NCBI GenBank assembly: GCA_012295275.1
Contig: CM022672.1
Location: forward strand, 6,944,001 to 7,008,000
Direction: 5' to 3'
DNA: 64,000 nucleotides
Source: Chrysomallon squamiferum
Taxonomy: Eukaryota; Animalia; Mollusca
The translations under genes were made by a program, and so were the position numbers. Within the stretch, counting starts at the first letter, position 1, and each line of letters opens with the position of its first letter. This document shows, in pieces, positions 26,546 through 42,612 of this stretch. Below the pieces are notes generated by a model. The model did no database searches. It was not told the origin of the DNA and saw nothing but the letters and a program-made list of their open reading frames with translations.

Positions 26546-27258
26546 TTGTGTGTGCAATTTTGTAAACGTGTTCACTTTTATACCACATGTTTAGTTTTTA
26601 ACTCCCCTCATGCGCACCAACTGAACGTAATGCTATGAGAGAATTATATCTAATATATAAATTTTATAGGGACGAGCATGTCACAGAAATAAATATTTTA
26701 AAAATATATGGCTTTTTTTAGATAGTTTGTAACTGTTGATGCTGGAAAATAAACGGTTAGCAGATTTCTACACTCATACACCTCTCTTCATCACATTCAG
26801 TAAACCTATATAATGATCAACTGCACCACTCTCAAGACTATTTACAAATATCTTGTAATAATAATTTATTACTGATAGCATCTTAGCTGCCTTAAATTAC
26901 TTAACTTAAAACATTTTACTTCAGCTTAGTTCTGCTTTCCTGTTGTTCCCATAATTAATAATAAACATTTTTTTTTTTTAATGAGAAAAAAGAGAAAGAG
27001 AGAACGTCTTTCTGAGTAAAGAAATAAGACAGAACAATACCTATGAATCACATTTACCTGTGTAACTTTTAACTGATATTATTAATGAATAGTTTCAGAA
27101 TTAGTTATCTCAAAAACAACATTCAGAATCGTTCCTTTAATGAACTATTTATATTCATGAAATGCATTTAATTTAGGGTGATGTATCATTTTTGTCAGTA
27201 GCAAAAGAACAAGATAACTGGATGAAAATTGTTTATAATGTGTAAACCTACATTGTTA

Positions 27259-27296
<38 letters not shown>

Positions 27297-27414
27297 TGAA
27301 TTATTATCATAATAAGACATTGTAGCAAAATATTTATCAAAACATCTACTCAGAAATATTGATTTAAAACTGCAACAGTTCATGATTATCAAAATATCAT
27401 ATTAATATTCTTGT

Positions 27415-27770
27415 TAGGGAAATATACAGGTAGATCTTTAGTGGTTTGAAAAGCAATGTAAAATTCCACTTACGTTGTGTTTCAAACGTCTTATCGACCC
27501 AAATTTATGAAAACGCAGAAAAAAGTTAAATTAATGAAACCGAAATTGAAAACTTTCTGCCGTCTCTTCTTGGTAAACGTATGAATAATCATCGTTTTCC
27601 AGGAAAAGACGTTTTTTATTGAATAAAAACAATTCACGTGATTTCTTAGACATTCTGTTGATATTTAGCTGTATGACCAGCGATTTTCGTAAAGTTTGTA
27701 TAGAAATTATTTTAACAAATAAATATCAAAGGCAATAAATGCACATTTGATAAACTGTGAGGTACGCTGA
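27415..27770 (-). promoter_or_regulatory. Duplicated PARP14 promoter and non-coding exon 1 (donor after 27474)
   Basis: Near-identical to 61857-62245. Retains the donor CAAC|GTAAGT, ISRE-like GAAACCGAAATTGAAAAC (27536-27553), GAS TTCCAGGAA (27597-27605) and E-box CACGTG (27635-27640). Confidence 0.82.
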
Positions 27771-28519
27771 ACAAGTACTGGTTCTTCAAATACAGATTCA
27801 TACTAAATAAATTTGTTTTGAAACGCAGTTATTTATTTTCAAATTTACAATATGTATTTACGGCCACCGAAACGTCACCGACATGTAACAAATTAAGCCA
27901 ACAAAATTCTCAAATTCTGCATCCATTAACACGAAACATTACTGACACCGACGCGAAATGCAGTTTCGATCCATGTAGCGATTTGTTTCATGTCGGATGC
28001 ATTTCATCTCTTGAAATAAATGGCATTGCCTGTGTAAACCCACGTAAATATTCACTTATCGCCAGATTTTGACAAGATCTCTGGTCTATAGAAAAACATT
28101 TAATCAGCGAAAAAAAAACAGTGAATAAAATTAAAACGGCAGCGTGGAAATACAACGAAAAGGCGCAGTATTGCTGTTTCTTTCCGTTACAGTGATTTCA
28201 CACCTTTTTCGTGTCGGAATTCATTTTCAGTATATTCGAAATGGCAGTACCAGGCGCCTTAAAAGGACCGACTTGCGTGTTTTCTGGGGAAAACCGTTGA
28301 GACAACTGAAACAGTCTAAAAAGGAGACAGATATAAAAAATCAGAATAATAATTTCACTCTTTGGTTGAAAAGATTGGAGCCATTGTCTCCTATTTGTTT
28401 TTGATTTTATACTGTCGGATATATTATAAGCACTTTTCCTTAGAGTAAAGTACACATCAGAATATATTAAGTCAGCTATTGCTCACTGTTACTATTAGGA
28501 AATAATCTAAAGGGTGCAA

Positions 28520-31500
28520 CTAGGAGAATCGATCCTATTTATCGACTATATTGTGTTAATTATATACATTCTTACAGCATAATGTTGTAGAGATATCAAA
28601 CACAGGTGAATTCAAATATTTCCTATTTATTTTTCATTTATACCAATTCACTATTAATATATAACTGATAAACAGAACAAGAACATTAATGCTTTTACTG
28701 TATTTATTTAATCAAACTACGAATCAATCAGTACAAGTATGTATATGTTAGATAACACTGGATATTAATGATAAATATCAACAGCTAAAGTAAATATATT
28801 ATAAAACTGACTGCTGAACATGTATTCAATTAAATATACATTAATTAATTCACTGTAAATGAACAAAAATATAATATACTTAATACTTATTAGATCAGTG
28901 TTAGGAAATCCCACCAAATTCACAATAATTTTGCAATTAGTCTTAAATGATATTTGCTGAATAAACGTTTAATTACTTTTTCATTAAAGTTTTAACAGTT
29001 TCTCGTTTGAGCTAAGAGCATACTGCTCAGAGAGCCTCTCGTGTATTAAACATAGCCCACTTTATTAACAGTTAATGGTCATCTCTCTCCTCTGGACAAA
29101 CACAACATCTGTGTTAATTTTAGTTAAACAGTCAGTTACTACTGATAGTTTTATGGTTAATTCTGTCATTACTAAAAGTTAAGGGTTTCAAGTCAAATAT
29201 CTGCCAAATGTTCCTGCGAAGCCAGACGAATACCCATCGCCCTGAACAGACCAAGCCGCCACTGAGCTTTGGTTGCTGCCACCGATCTCTATTGTTACAT
29301 ATTTCTTATGTTTTTCCATAATTTAATTACATCTAACGGAATATTTTTTATTTTTTTTAAAGTAATAATACATTTATTATTATTTGTGAATTTATGAATT
29401 TTATAAATAATCATAAAATTTATATTATTATTTATCCAGATTAGTTTATTAAAATTGGTAAACTCATCTCAATCATTTTAAAAAAGAAGAAACGTAACAT
29501 ACACTTTGAAAATGCCAGATTTATGAATAAACATGAAATATATAAACAGGAATAACAATAAAATTAATAACTGATATGTATTAATATTAAATAGTAGCTA
29601 TTTCCAGTGCACAAGAAAAACATGGGTGAAGATTGAAAAACTTAAGAAATTAATAAAAATAGGAAAATATAAATGTACAAGTGGACTGTTTTAATTGCGT
29701 ATTTAATTATTACGTTGTTGTTTTCTTTGTTCTTATATTGTACAAGTTTTGCACATTTCTGTCTAGTTAAAAACAGATATCCAGTTCATTATATATAAAG
29801 AACTAAAAGCCAGTGGAATCATAAATTCCACAAAACAAACACCTATTTAAGACATAGTTACATATACCATTAAATATCATTATTTTGTAAACATAATTTA
29901 TTTAATACATTTTAACGTACATTTTTACTTGCTTATAATATAATAAGCAGCATGTATCTATGAAGAGTTTGTGAATTTTGTACTAGGAGAATCTATCCTA
30001 CGTCTAGATTATACTGAGTTTATTATCTACATTTTTACAGCATAATGTTGTACAGATATCAAAGTACAGGTGAATTTAAATATTTTCTATATACTTTCCA
30101 TTTATAACCATTCACAATTTATTTATGAACTCATAAACAGAACAAGAACATTAATGTTGTTACTGTATTTATTTAATCAAACTACAAGCAATCAGTACAA
30201 GTATGTATACTGTTAGAAAACACAGGATATTAATCATAAATATCAGCAGCTAAAGTAAGTATACATTAATATACATCAATAAATTTACTGTAATAGAAAA
30301 AAAAAGTAATAAATTTAATATTTATTATGTCAGTGTCCGGCAACGTTTTTTTGTGCTTTGGCCTTTTTTAAAATTCTGAAGTTGGAATGCCCACCAAATT
30401 CACAATAATTTTAGAATTAAACATAAATGATATTTACTGAATAAACGTTTAACTGATTATTCATTAAAGTTAAGGTTTTAACAGTTTCTACTGCTCACTG
30501 AGCCTCTCGTGTATTTAACATAGCCCACTTTATTAAAAGTTAATGGTTTTCTACTGATCGCTTTCTCCTCTCTGTTAATTTCAGTTATATAATCAGTTAC
30601 TACTAATGGTTTCATGGCTAGTTGTGTCATTACTAAAAGTCAAGTCAAATATCTACCAATTGTTCCAGCGAAGCACGATGGAGACCCATGCCCCCAACAG
30701 ACCAAAACCTCACCGAGCCCTCGTTGCCAACCACCGATCTATAGTGTTACATATTTCTTATTTGCGTCTAAAAATGACCTTTTTGTTTTCATAAACAACG
30801 TTAAAAATATTAACAATATCTCGTCTTTGTTACAAGTTAAACACATTTTATTGACTTTGCAAGAAATACAATGAACTGGTTTAAATAATTCTGTGTAGAT
30901 ATTTTGCTTCTCGATAAAAAATAAATAAATAAATACCAAGCTGTTTGTATGTGAAATATATGTATATTAGTTATCAAATAAACAATATTAAATAAAATAT
31001 TAAACCATAAGTTAATTACTTGTAACTGATTTTTTTAAAGTAATAATACATTTATTATTATTTGTAACATATTAAATTTATGTATTTTATAAGTAATCAT
31101 AAAATTTTAAAATGATTTATCCAAATTAGATTACCAAAATCAGTAAACCTATCTCAGTCATTTAAAAAAAAAAAAAAAAAAAAAAAACATAACGTACCAT
31201 TTGTAAATACCAGATTTATAAATATGAAATATATAAGCATAGGAATAACTATAAAAATAATAACTAATAGTAGCTATTTCCAGTGCACAACAAAAGAATG
31301 GATGAAGATTAAAAAAAATTAAGAAATCAATAAAAGTAGACAAAAAAGTATGTTTTAATTGTGTATTTAATTATTACGTTTTTGTTTTTCTTTGTTCTTA
31401 TATTGTACAAGTTTGGCACATTTCTATCTAGTCAAAAACAGATATCCAGTTGATCATACATAAAGAGCCAAAAGACAGTGGAATCATAAATTCTACAAAA

Positions 31501-31620
31501 GAGACACCTATTTAAAACATAGCTAACATATACCATTAAATATCATTATTTTGTAAACATAATGTTTATTTAATAATTTTTATTTGCTTATAATATATCC
31601 ATGAAGAGTCTGTCAATTTT
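28520..31620. repeat. Two diverged tandem copies (~1.5-1.6 kb each) of the PARP14 downstream flank
   Basis: Unit A (~28520-29980) and unit B (~29980-31620) both begin actaggagaatc..atccta and end ..atgaagagt. A third copy at ~11800-12790 lacks the internal insert found at ~28905-29340 and ~30340-30975. Confidence 0.8.
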
Positions 31621-32587
31621 CAAAAATGTTTGAGGCTATGAAAACAAAACAAAAAATACTGAAATAAATAATAACACACACACACATATATATGTATGTA
31701 GGTGTGTGTTTGTATATATATAATAGCAATAAGAAACTAAAAAATAATAAAATAAAATAAAATAAAATAAAATAAAACAGTACTAGATTGCAAGTTACTG
31801 AAAACTATTATGAACAATACACTTTGACAAACATTTGTACCTGTTTATCTGATAAATATATTTAAAATAACAAATTAAAAATGTATTGTTAATTTCATGA
31901 AGATTTAGAATACAAATAAAACCAATAATAATTGATAACTATCTAACTCTTTTATAAAAAATAAAAAAATTATAAAATACATCAAATTATTTTGTAAATC
32001 AGCTGTTAGCCACTGGTAAGATTGGGAAAACATGTAAAGAAAGGAACTTGGAAAATTGATCCTGTATCTAAACTATATTGTGCATAAAAATTGTTATTTA
32101 TTCTTGTAGAGTGTAATTTCAAAAATAAAGAGAAGTAATTGTTAGTGACCTGTATAGGAAACTTACACACAAAAAGCAAGATTAATACACTACAACACCC
32201 AAAAACCTCCACCAAAACATTAACATCAATATCAAAACTAATAATAACAATAATAACAATAAAGCAATTTACCAACAGAAACATAAATATAAATAATAAT
32301 AATACAGAAATCTGTCCAGGAAAAATTATAATAAAAACAATAGTGTTAACAAATAGTATTCAAATAATAGTAATAAAGAAATTTAGCCAACAAAAATTAT
32401 TAATATTAGTAAAAATAAAATTTCCCTGGTGAATATATAAATAACAATGATTAATAAATAAATTTTAAATAATAATAATAATAAATTTTAAACAATAATA
32501 ATAATCATAATAATAATAATAATAATTGTCCAGCAAAATTTTAAATAAACATGTAAAAAGAAATTTACAAAACAAAACAAGAATATA

Positions 32588-32626
<39 letters not shown>

Positions 32627-32702
32627 GAAATTTGTTCAGGAATATTATAATAAAAAGAAACCCATAAAAATAAATTTAGTAAACTATGGAATAAAATAAA
32701 AT

Positions 32703-32745
<43 letters not shown>

Positions 32746-33554
32746 CATATAAATGTATCAAACTTTGTTTTATCTCACAATTGAACAATTTTTTTTTATT
32801 TCATTGAAAATGTGTTGGTATTTACAATATTCTTAAGATCACTAAAATCTTTTAAAAACCAAGTTTTCAAAACAAATACAAGTTTTGTGTCATTGCATTG
32901 TAATACAGATTATACTGTAAATTGTTATTAATGATAAAACAGTTCTAACAAATTCTATAAATATAAAATCATGGTAATCACTTAAGAATAAGAAACTTTA
33001 TTTTGTTTATGGCTGTTTCTCTTGTCAGTGTGACCTATATTCTAACTGTATATATTACTTTGTAGACTTAGTAATAATGATTTAGTTTTTTCCACAAAAC
33101 TGACAGAAATAAAATTTATTTATCAGAAAAAAAAAAATTTCAAGTTAATAACATTCCAAATGATTTGACACCATTTTAGCTGGTCAGTGATAATTTTTAT
33201 TTCACTTCACTGAAGTTAATTTCTTTGTAACAATGATTGTGGCTTTTAATTAAGTTTGAAAATTTCAAATCAAATTTATTATTATTATTATTGTTATTAC
33301 TATTATTAACTTTAATCTTCTGAACATACTGATTTCAGTTTGTTTGTCAGTATTGTGGTAGACCAACTTGTCACATTTACATATAAACTTTACTTTTAAA
33401 TTTTTTATTTCAATAAACCAAATGATAATTGAAATAGAAAAAGTACTTGAATCACACACACACACACACACACACACACTCTAACTTAACAATCAAGTTA
33501 AAATCCAGATAAAAGTATTACTGGCTGAAAACTCTTCATTTTATACAGAGCTAT

Positions 33555-36500
33555 TCAGAGAGTGAATGTTATCAGGTAATCAGGGTAAGCTTGAGTGTCA
33601 TTGAAAATGATGAACATTCCAGGGTTAGCAACATTATCAACGACAGAATCATACAAGAGAGCTTGATTTGATGATTTCACTGGTGGAACACGCATTCCTC
33701 TTTGTCCTTTAGTAAAATCACCAGTAAGAACTGAGGCATAGTACATGTGTTTATGACCTTGTGAATCTGGTTGTGAATATGTGTTATGTGCAGAATAACT
33801 TGCATTAACAGCAAAATATACTCCATCTCCATGTACAGTAGCTAAACAAATAAAAAAGAATAAGAAAGTTATGTTTAAATTATTAAAATATATCCTTAAT
33901 AAATATTAAGAAGATAATGTTCCAATTATTTTAATAATTTAATGAAGTGATTTCTAATGTTTATTTTAAAGAATTAGGCTATAGTTTTATCTGCTCATTT
34001 CTTTTATTATTCTCCACTACATAGCAGTTTATTATTATACATGGCTGCTATATATTACTAATATCTGGCAGATGTTATTTTACTAACCATTTTTGCCACA
34101 GTAACTTCTGTTGAATCCATGGGTATTCAGAGAAACAATAGCATCAGAACTTGTCCCATGCCACAGTTTTGTTTCAGCAGGTTTACTGCTTTGTTTAGTT
34201 ATCTGCCCTTTCTTAGCTACATACTGCTGATATAGCGTTTTATTCTGTATTCTTTCAATCTGAAATAACAAAAAAGAAATATCAGATAAATAAAAGATGT
34301 GATCATGCAAACATTAACATCACAATCATTTTTATTTAAAAATACTTGATATTATCTAAAATTACATATAATTTTTAATTATATTTCTTATTAATGCATT
34401 TTTTTTTTTTAAAGATATAATCTGTTATTTTAAGTTTTATAATTTTGAAAGGATAGAGAGAAAAAACCTTAATTATTTTTGCTGTTTGTTGTTGAACTGA
34501 GTTTAAAAATTTCTGTGAAACACTCTGATAGTCAGCATCAGAAGTCTGCAGAGTGACCACTTTCAAGTCTTCATCTTCTCCCATTGGTGTCCAGTGACTT
34601 GGTGCTTCAAAAGCAGAAACTGATTTGGAAAGAAAAACAAAATTGTATTTTTTAATTCACATTTTAATCTGTTGAAAAAAATAGGTATGAACAAATTATA
34701 TTGCTGTTTATTTTATTTTATTTTTTCATTGTTTTGTCAATTAGTGGCTAAAATATGTTGTTAATATTACAGTAGTTTTTATGATCTCAGCAGTGGAGTC
34801 CTTCTTATCCATGAAAACTATTTTGTGGAATATTTATTGAAAAGCTTTTTGCATTTCATCTTTCCTGTTCTATTTTCTCATTTTGTCATAAAACTTGTAT
34901 CCTTCTATATACATTTCATTAAAACTTTTTTATCATTGTCCTAATTAAAGTGCAAGATACTTCAGGATCAGATGCAAAATCTTTCTCTGTGCCTCCTCCA
35001 CATTCTATTAGGTAAATCTGTTTTAATCAACAACTAACAACCTTTCCTTTCAGTGGATCCAGTACTTTCAATCTTTTAAAATCACTCTGTACATTGCTGA
35101 TGTATCTCACTTCTTTCTGACAAATTCATGTAAGATTGTTTCACCAGGCGACATTTTCTTAGTGAAACAAGTTACAGATAAGTCCTTATCTGTGTATATC
35201 TTGATATGAAGAAAGCCAAGACTAAAATGGTAAAACTAATTTTTTCAAGTCCCACTTGTTTTGTCTCTTTACATCTCTGGCAGAGGACACTTGATTGATA
35301 GTTGTCCAAAGAGGTGAAACAGATGATCTGTGATTTTTTATATCCAATTTTGATTTTCTTTTTTTTTTGTTTTGGATGCAGAGATAGAAACATATTTTGG
35401 ACAATAATTTATCCATCTTCAATTTTAGAAAAGTTTAAAACTTTTGTTTTGAGATATGAGGCTTTAAAATTCACTGGGTTTTTGTTTTTGTTTTTTTGTT
35501 TATTTGTTCCTCACATGACATAATGTATTTGGATATAATAGAAAAAATAAACAAAGGATATTTAGATAATTTATTCTGTCCAGTAATGAGGTACTGACAA
35601 TGCAAACAAATTAAAACCTATCATCAAGTTATAAAACTGTTATTAAAACAAATGACTATTCATTCAGTTCTTCAAATTTCTATCATAAATAATAAATATT
35701 TTACAAATAAGTATTTAAAACAAATACTAATAAATGATACCTTTCATAAGATCCTTGCGGACAACTTTGACTGTATCACTTCTATCATTTTCGGGATATT
35801 CTTCCATAGTATTAAAGTCAATGATGTATTTCTGCCCTTCTGCTTCCAGAGTGACAGACTTTTGTTTTTCTCTATAAGCTTTCTCTATTACTCCATTTAC
35901 ATTCTTATCATACTCCACTTGTTTTGTTTGGCCTTGTTGATCCACTTCAGTATAATACCACTGAACCATATTGGAAAGGATTTTAGCCTTGTCTTGTTCT
36001 GATTCTAAATGATCAAACTCTCTGAGAAGTTTCTGAACTACTTCATAAGCATTGTACACATCCATTTGTAGTCCCTCAATTGTAATCATATCTTGCTTTT
36101 CATTGAATATTAATTTGACTGAAAATTGATCTTGAAGATCAAGTATTTTCTTCATCTGCCAGAAAAAACAAAACAAAAAAATCCAAAATGATACATTATA
36201 AACATTTTAATGTAGATAATTAAACAGGCAAGTATGGTCTACAAAAGCATTCTTTTAGAAGTTACATATTTGTAACAATCAGCTGTTGTTTATTAAACAA
36301 CAACTCAGTCGAATGGTGATGTAAAAAGTGGCTTGCAGCAAATACTCTTGAAACAGTTTCACACTGTGTGGTACTTTCTACCTGAAGATTCTAAAAATAT
36401 TGTGAACATGAATTTCCTATCAAATTCCAAACAAAATTGTACCTTCAAATGTTGTAAACTTTTATCTGTAACAACTTTCTTGATGATTTCTTCACCAAAG

Positions 36501-39500
36501 TAACTTTCAACTGCCTGAATGGATGCATCAATAGAAAACAAGTTATCAGAGAAGTAATGAAGTTGCATCTCAGAGCTGTAATCTTCATTCTGTGGGTTGG
36601 AGCCATTGCTGAATAACTCTATGATAAAAAGAGTTTTTCAATAATTATTGAAACGTACATAACTTATTGTTACCTTTTCCAGAAACTCCTGCTATTTCTA
36701 AATAATATTTTGTCTTGAATTTACCAACAGAAGTTATTGGTATAAAACTATTAAGTAATTTGTATTTAAATATGTTGACACCAGCTACTGGAGTAAAAAA
36801 AAAAAGGTAACTAATTTTTAATTATCTACATAAACAACAGTTAAAACATAATTGTAGGTGCTTTGAGGAAATGCTAAATTACTGCATTCAGGTATTTAAT
36901 GATAGTTACATTTAAATAAGTCACTAAGTCCTCTTTACTCAAAACATGATTTTCACCTTTATATCAGTGAGAACTATAATAGAGTTTGGTATTTCATATT
37001 TCACTCTGGTCTGAAGAAACATTATTCACCTGAAACTCTGTCTGATATACGAGAAAATAATCCTTTCTGGGCAGCTGCTTTGTTAACTGTTTCAGTAAAT
37101 GATTTAAACATGTCAGCTTGGAAAATAATAATTCTGACATCAGTGATTTCAGAGCTGTCATAGTCTTTTATAGCAGAAACAAATGCTGCAGCTACATCTT
37201 CAGATGAAGAACGACCAATGCCTGTAAGTGAAGAAATGATAAATCATATTAATTACTTCCCTGTAGAGAAAGCAATGAAACTGATGTGTGAGATGTTTGT
37301 TTCTCATATTAAGAGTAAGATCTTTGTCTTTCCTTGTGTCTTTCATCATGTTAAAGCTGTTTGAAATTAGTTGTGTCTGGTGAGTTTGGTTATCTTGATT
37401 ATTTCTTTAGAAGCTGAATGTAGGGTCATTTATAAAGTGATCAGAAATGAATTAAATCCATTTGTATCATAAAAAAAAAAAAATATAGCAAATAATATTT
37501 TGAGAAATCATGACAAAGTTCAATTATAAGTTTATTTTATAAAAACAATTAATCCTACCTGTTCCAAGTGCTGGAAATGCTATTGATGATACACCTGGAA
37601 TATGTTCAGCTTCTGATAAACATGAAGAAATAATTTTTTTCCAGTTTTCACTGAAGTGGTCTTTGTCAGTGTGTATAATAGCTTTACACTGAAGACCCTC
37701 AGCAATAGTAGAAACAATACCTTTCTTTTCCATCTTTCTCACTAAAAACAAAATAATGCTTTTTACTAATACACATATGCTGAGAAATAAACTAATAAAA
37801 GGTGAAAGTTTAAAAAATTTTAAAATACATATTTTGAATATTCATAAAATGCCATCATTAATGGATAGTTATATGAGACAGAAATTTATAAATAATATAG
37901 GTATTTTATTCAGTTTAAATGTAGTTCATCAAGAGTGATGTAAGGGTAACACCAACCAGTGCTTTTTTTAATCACTGAAGTCACAGAATATTCATCTACT
38001 TCTCAGCAAACAAAAATTGGTTTTGTGTATTATTTGTATTGATCATATAACCATAACTGTTATGTTAAAACTAAAATGTAAAGGCATATACATTAATCTA
38101 ATTTCACCAGTTTATAAAGAATATCAATAAATCTATTTTTATTTTGTATTTATTTTGCTTCTGCACTGATCTTTATCTTGGTATTTTGAATCATAAAATG
38201 AAATTTCTAAATTTTAAGAATAAATTGTGATATTCTGATGTAGATGAAATTTGTTTCAAAATTTAAATGGTAGCCATACTGTAATTGTTACTAAGCATTT
38301 TTAAAAGGTTTGTCACTCACTAAATGAAAGATCTGCTTACATTTTTGTTTGCATTCATCCTCAAGTCTCCTGCCACATTGTTTGGCTATAGCTTGGGACA
38401 CTCCACCTTTTGTGAATTAAATATCAAAAGTATTATTTAAAAAAATATATTTTTATAAGTTTTAAGTAATTCAAAAAATAATACTGCAGCAATACAGAGA
38501 AATTCGGAACTATATGTTTTTAACAAAAAAACACAAGGTTATGCTAATATTTCGGTCATTCTTTTTTATTTAGTTTTATAATGTTAGCATTATATATTGG
38601 TCCTTTATTAAAATGGGGATTACTGTAATTTAATGCTAAAATGATTTAATAATTTTCAAGTGCAAATATTAAATAATGCTTTTTTGGGGGGGATTTCAGT
38701 AAACACTGTCTGTCAGTCAATAATTCATGAATAATAATCATGGTTTAGACAGAAACATTTAGAAAAGAAATACTGGATCTAACTTTGGACTTGACTTATA
38801 ATTCACATTACCATCCATCTGTATTCATCAAATGTTGTAAAGATTGTTTTAAAAGTCATTTCTATTTATGGTGTTATTTGTATCAATTCAATAATCTTGA
38901 CAATATTAATGATTGAATCAGTTATGACCTTGAGAAAAAATGACAATGTGAACAATACAAAGCAATCAAATTTATCTGACATAAAGTTGCAAGTATTTCT
39001 TATCATGCTGAGTAATAGACATTACTTAGTTTTTTTCAGGATAACAATGGTAATTTCATTTTTCCATCCTTGCAGAATACAGCACTATCATTTATTGTTT
39101 CTAATATTTTTTTTTCTTCTAACCCTTAATTACTGTGACCAAAATACAAGATAAAAAGGATCATTGTTTTTATAATAATACCACTTTAATCTTAAAACCA
39201 ATAGGATTAGTACTTTTCTCATCAAATACATATCTACAGTACCCAGTTTGCATTATTTATCATAAAATCTAAACTGATGATGTCATAAAAACAGCTAGCT
39301 GTTTCTGCTATCTTATTGAAAATAACAAAAACATAATAATTAACGGTGCTATTGTATACACTGATGTCAAATGTTACTCTTGGACAGCTCAGGTGAATGT
39401 TTTATTCACTTAGAAGCAACAATGGTCATACCAAGATTTGATTTCTGTTTGAACTGATGTCCAATTATCTTCCTTAAACTTGATTTTAGAAATTTAAGGA

Positions 39501-42500
39501 GGGCTAGATTATTAATTGTAAATTATCTACAAAATGTTAATGAATCATTTCTTTAGTGGTAGTGAATGGAGGCATAAGTTTTGAAACAGGGTTTTTGACA
39601 GAAACGTTTTAATTATTTTAGTTAAAGTTATTGATGTTTTGGTGTGTTTTTGACCAGCAGTATCTAAATAATATCCAAAACTAAGAAACAAAGAAACAAA
39701 AGACAAGCAAGAGACAAATTTTGCAACCAAACAGGGAATATTAACCCAAATATTGCAATTCTTGTAAGCTAAAGTTATAACTCAAAACAGATGTTCTGTT
39801 GAACTTTATAATATTATATAATATTTGATACTAGAATAAATCCTATGTCTTGGTTGGAAGGAAATGTAACCTCTACATTTAAACAGAAAAGTAATCAGTT
39901 TTATTTGAGAAATTACTAACCAATAGCTAAGCTGTCTGAGAAACATTATTAATATCTATGATTTACCATTGATTCACTCTATTTTCTGATCAAGTTAAAT
40001 TTATTTAAAAAAAAAAAAAAAAAAAAAAAAATGTGATTTTAAATATTTTTATTAGTATAATAAATAGTAAACAAAAATAACAATTTGCATAGTTAAATGC
40101 ATGTATGTTAATTATTTTTTCTGTGGATTCTGTGACTCAAATGAGAGGTATCTTTCCCACAGAACATGCTTCAAATTGTAAAGGGTTTTTCAAGAAGAAC
40201 ATTATAAAGTTCAGCCACTGTCAAACATGCAAAATGAAAAAAAAGAAAAATGGTTATGTTTCTCAGTGTGCATTGATTCAGCAGCTAACTGACAATTTGT
40301 AGATATTTTGCATACATAATTATTCACATTTACATTTCTTTTTTTTTAAGTGTTCATAAATGCAATTTTGTTTCAATATTTCATTGTTGTTTTTAAAAAC
40401 TTTATCTCTTTCTATTCTCTGATGGATATATATATATATATATAATGATACTGGACAAACACGTAATGTTACTGGATATTTACAGCAATCCTGCATGAAA
40501 AACAAAATAGAAAAAAAAGAATAAACAGAGAAACATACCATGTGTAAAATCTAACATCTTGTTAGTGCTGTTTACAATGCAGTCAACTTTTTCTTTTGTG
40601 ATGTCACCCTGTTTCACTGAGAGGAAGACAGATCCAATTTTCAGACTGTCACTAAGATCAGATTTGGAAACAACCTGCCAATCTCCATCTAATGAAAAAA
40701 AAAAAAAAAAAAAAAAAATCCTCCAAAAAACAATAAGGATAATAATAATAATAATAATAATAAATTTTAAAAATCTCTTATGTAACTGAACTGAGATAAT
40801 ATCATATTAAAAATGATGGACATCAAACTGAATGGTAACTTCAAATTGAATAGAGAAGAAATACAGAAAATAATTGTCTTAAAATTATTTTGTTTTGGAT
40901 AGGAAAGCATAAAACCATTATAAAAATATTATTTTGATGTTTTCAAATGTCAGTGAATCAATTTTTTAAATAATTCATTGGAATCTACTAACACAGTTAA
41001 GTTGTATTAAAACTAAAAGCATTTTCTCATTTTATTACAAATAGTAAAAAAGCAACCACTGACAAATACATGTACCTGTTTCCATGGCAACAAATTTTCT
41101 ATCTTTTCGATTTATTTTGTTCTGTGAAGATGATTGCCCAGATGAACTAGAAAGCACATCTTTAAAGGCCTGCCAATAAGCAACACCATATAAAAATATA
41201 CAAAAATATAACTTTGGTCAAAATAATTGTGTTAAAATAAAGATAATAATAATTGTTACAAATAACTTTATAAATCTGGTTACTGTCCAGTAAAAACTAA
41301 AGTGTAAAGTATATTTTTGAGCAGCAATCCACAAAACCTTTTTAATTTATCACTGTTTGACATTTCCAGTGTCCCTTATTCCTTTCCAGCATTTCTGCAA
41401 ACTGTAAATATTTTTAATTTACATAGACATTAAATAAAAGATTAATTTTTTTTTGTTGCCTTAGAAATTTCTGTTGCATCCAACTAAACTAAAAATGCAT
41501 ATATGTGTCTCTAAACAGAAAATGAGTGGAATCTTTACCTTTCTTATTTAAATTCTTTGAGTTAACAAGGAGGAAATACATTTTTGTTTTTTAAACATTA
41601 ATAAAGTGAAGTTCACAGAATTGCACTATAACAGTGTCTGCAAAAGTGCATTATTGATTTTGAGTACACCAAAAACTAAGAATTATGTAAAATCAAGCAT
41701 ATTATTTTATATTTAGATAGTTATTACCATTTTGTATAGAATGTATGAATGTATGACTGAGATGTAATAGTAACTTTCTTTTATTGAACTCTCATTCCGA
41801 TTTTGAAAAACAAGTCTATTTAAGCACATGTTGGAATAAAAATAGATTTACCTGAACTGTTCTTGTATCCTTAGGATACACAATAATGTTTACATCCCTC
41901 AAAGGTGAAGAAGAACATTTATGTTCAAATTCCTTAACAGATGTTTTAAAACATTTGGCCACAACATCTCGAGGATAACCCAGATTTCCAGTTCCCAAAG
42001 CAGGAAATGCAATACTATTACATTGTGCCTGTGAAGCTTTTTTCATGCAGTCAAAAATCAAGTTAGAGAGTACCTGAAAATATAACTAAATTCATTACAC
42101 AAAAGCAACTATTTCTTAATATTTTGCACAGTCAATAACATGATAGAGGCATATGCTTAATTTACATATTTAATTATTTTTCACATGCTGTAAATGAAGT
42201 TGAAATATGTGGTATTATAATCATAAATTACTTCAAATATTTAATTTACAGATTATAATTCACCTGTTCTCCAGTTTGGTCATTTGTCCAATTTGGCAGA
42301 CATGTATGAAACACTTTCTGGCACTTCAGATTTCCTCCTGTAGTTACAGCAATCTCTCCAGGCTGGATACCTTTTGGATAGTTTCCTCTACATTCACTTT
42401 GCAAAATCTGACCTCCTTTTGCTAGAATAGTTTTAGAAACAGCACCATTTTGTAAATCCAAGTTGTTGGAAGTTGTGTTAACAATGATGTCAGCCTTCAA

Positions 42501-42580
42501 ACAAACAAAGATTACAGTAATGTTCAGTCTGAGATATATATATTTGGCAAAAACAGGTAATTGGTTCTATATATATATAT

Positions 42581-42612
<32 letters not shown>

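Noticed and set aside
27818-28072. ORF with a PHD-like fragment (PCSDLFHVGCI)
   Set aside because: Cys/His spacing is incomplete and there is no supporting exon structure; may be chance or a very old TE fragment.
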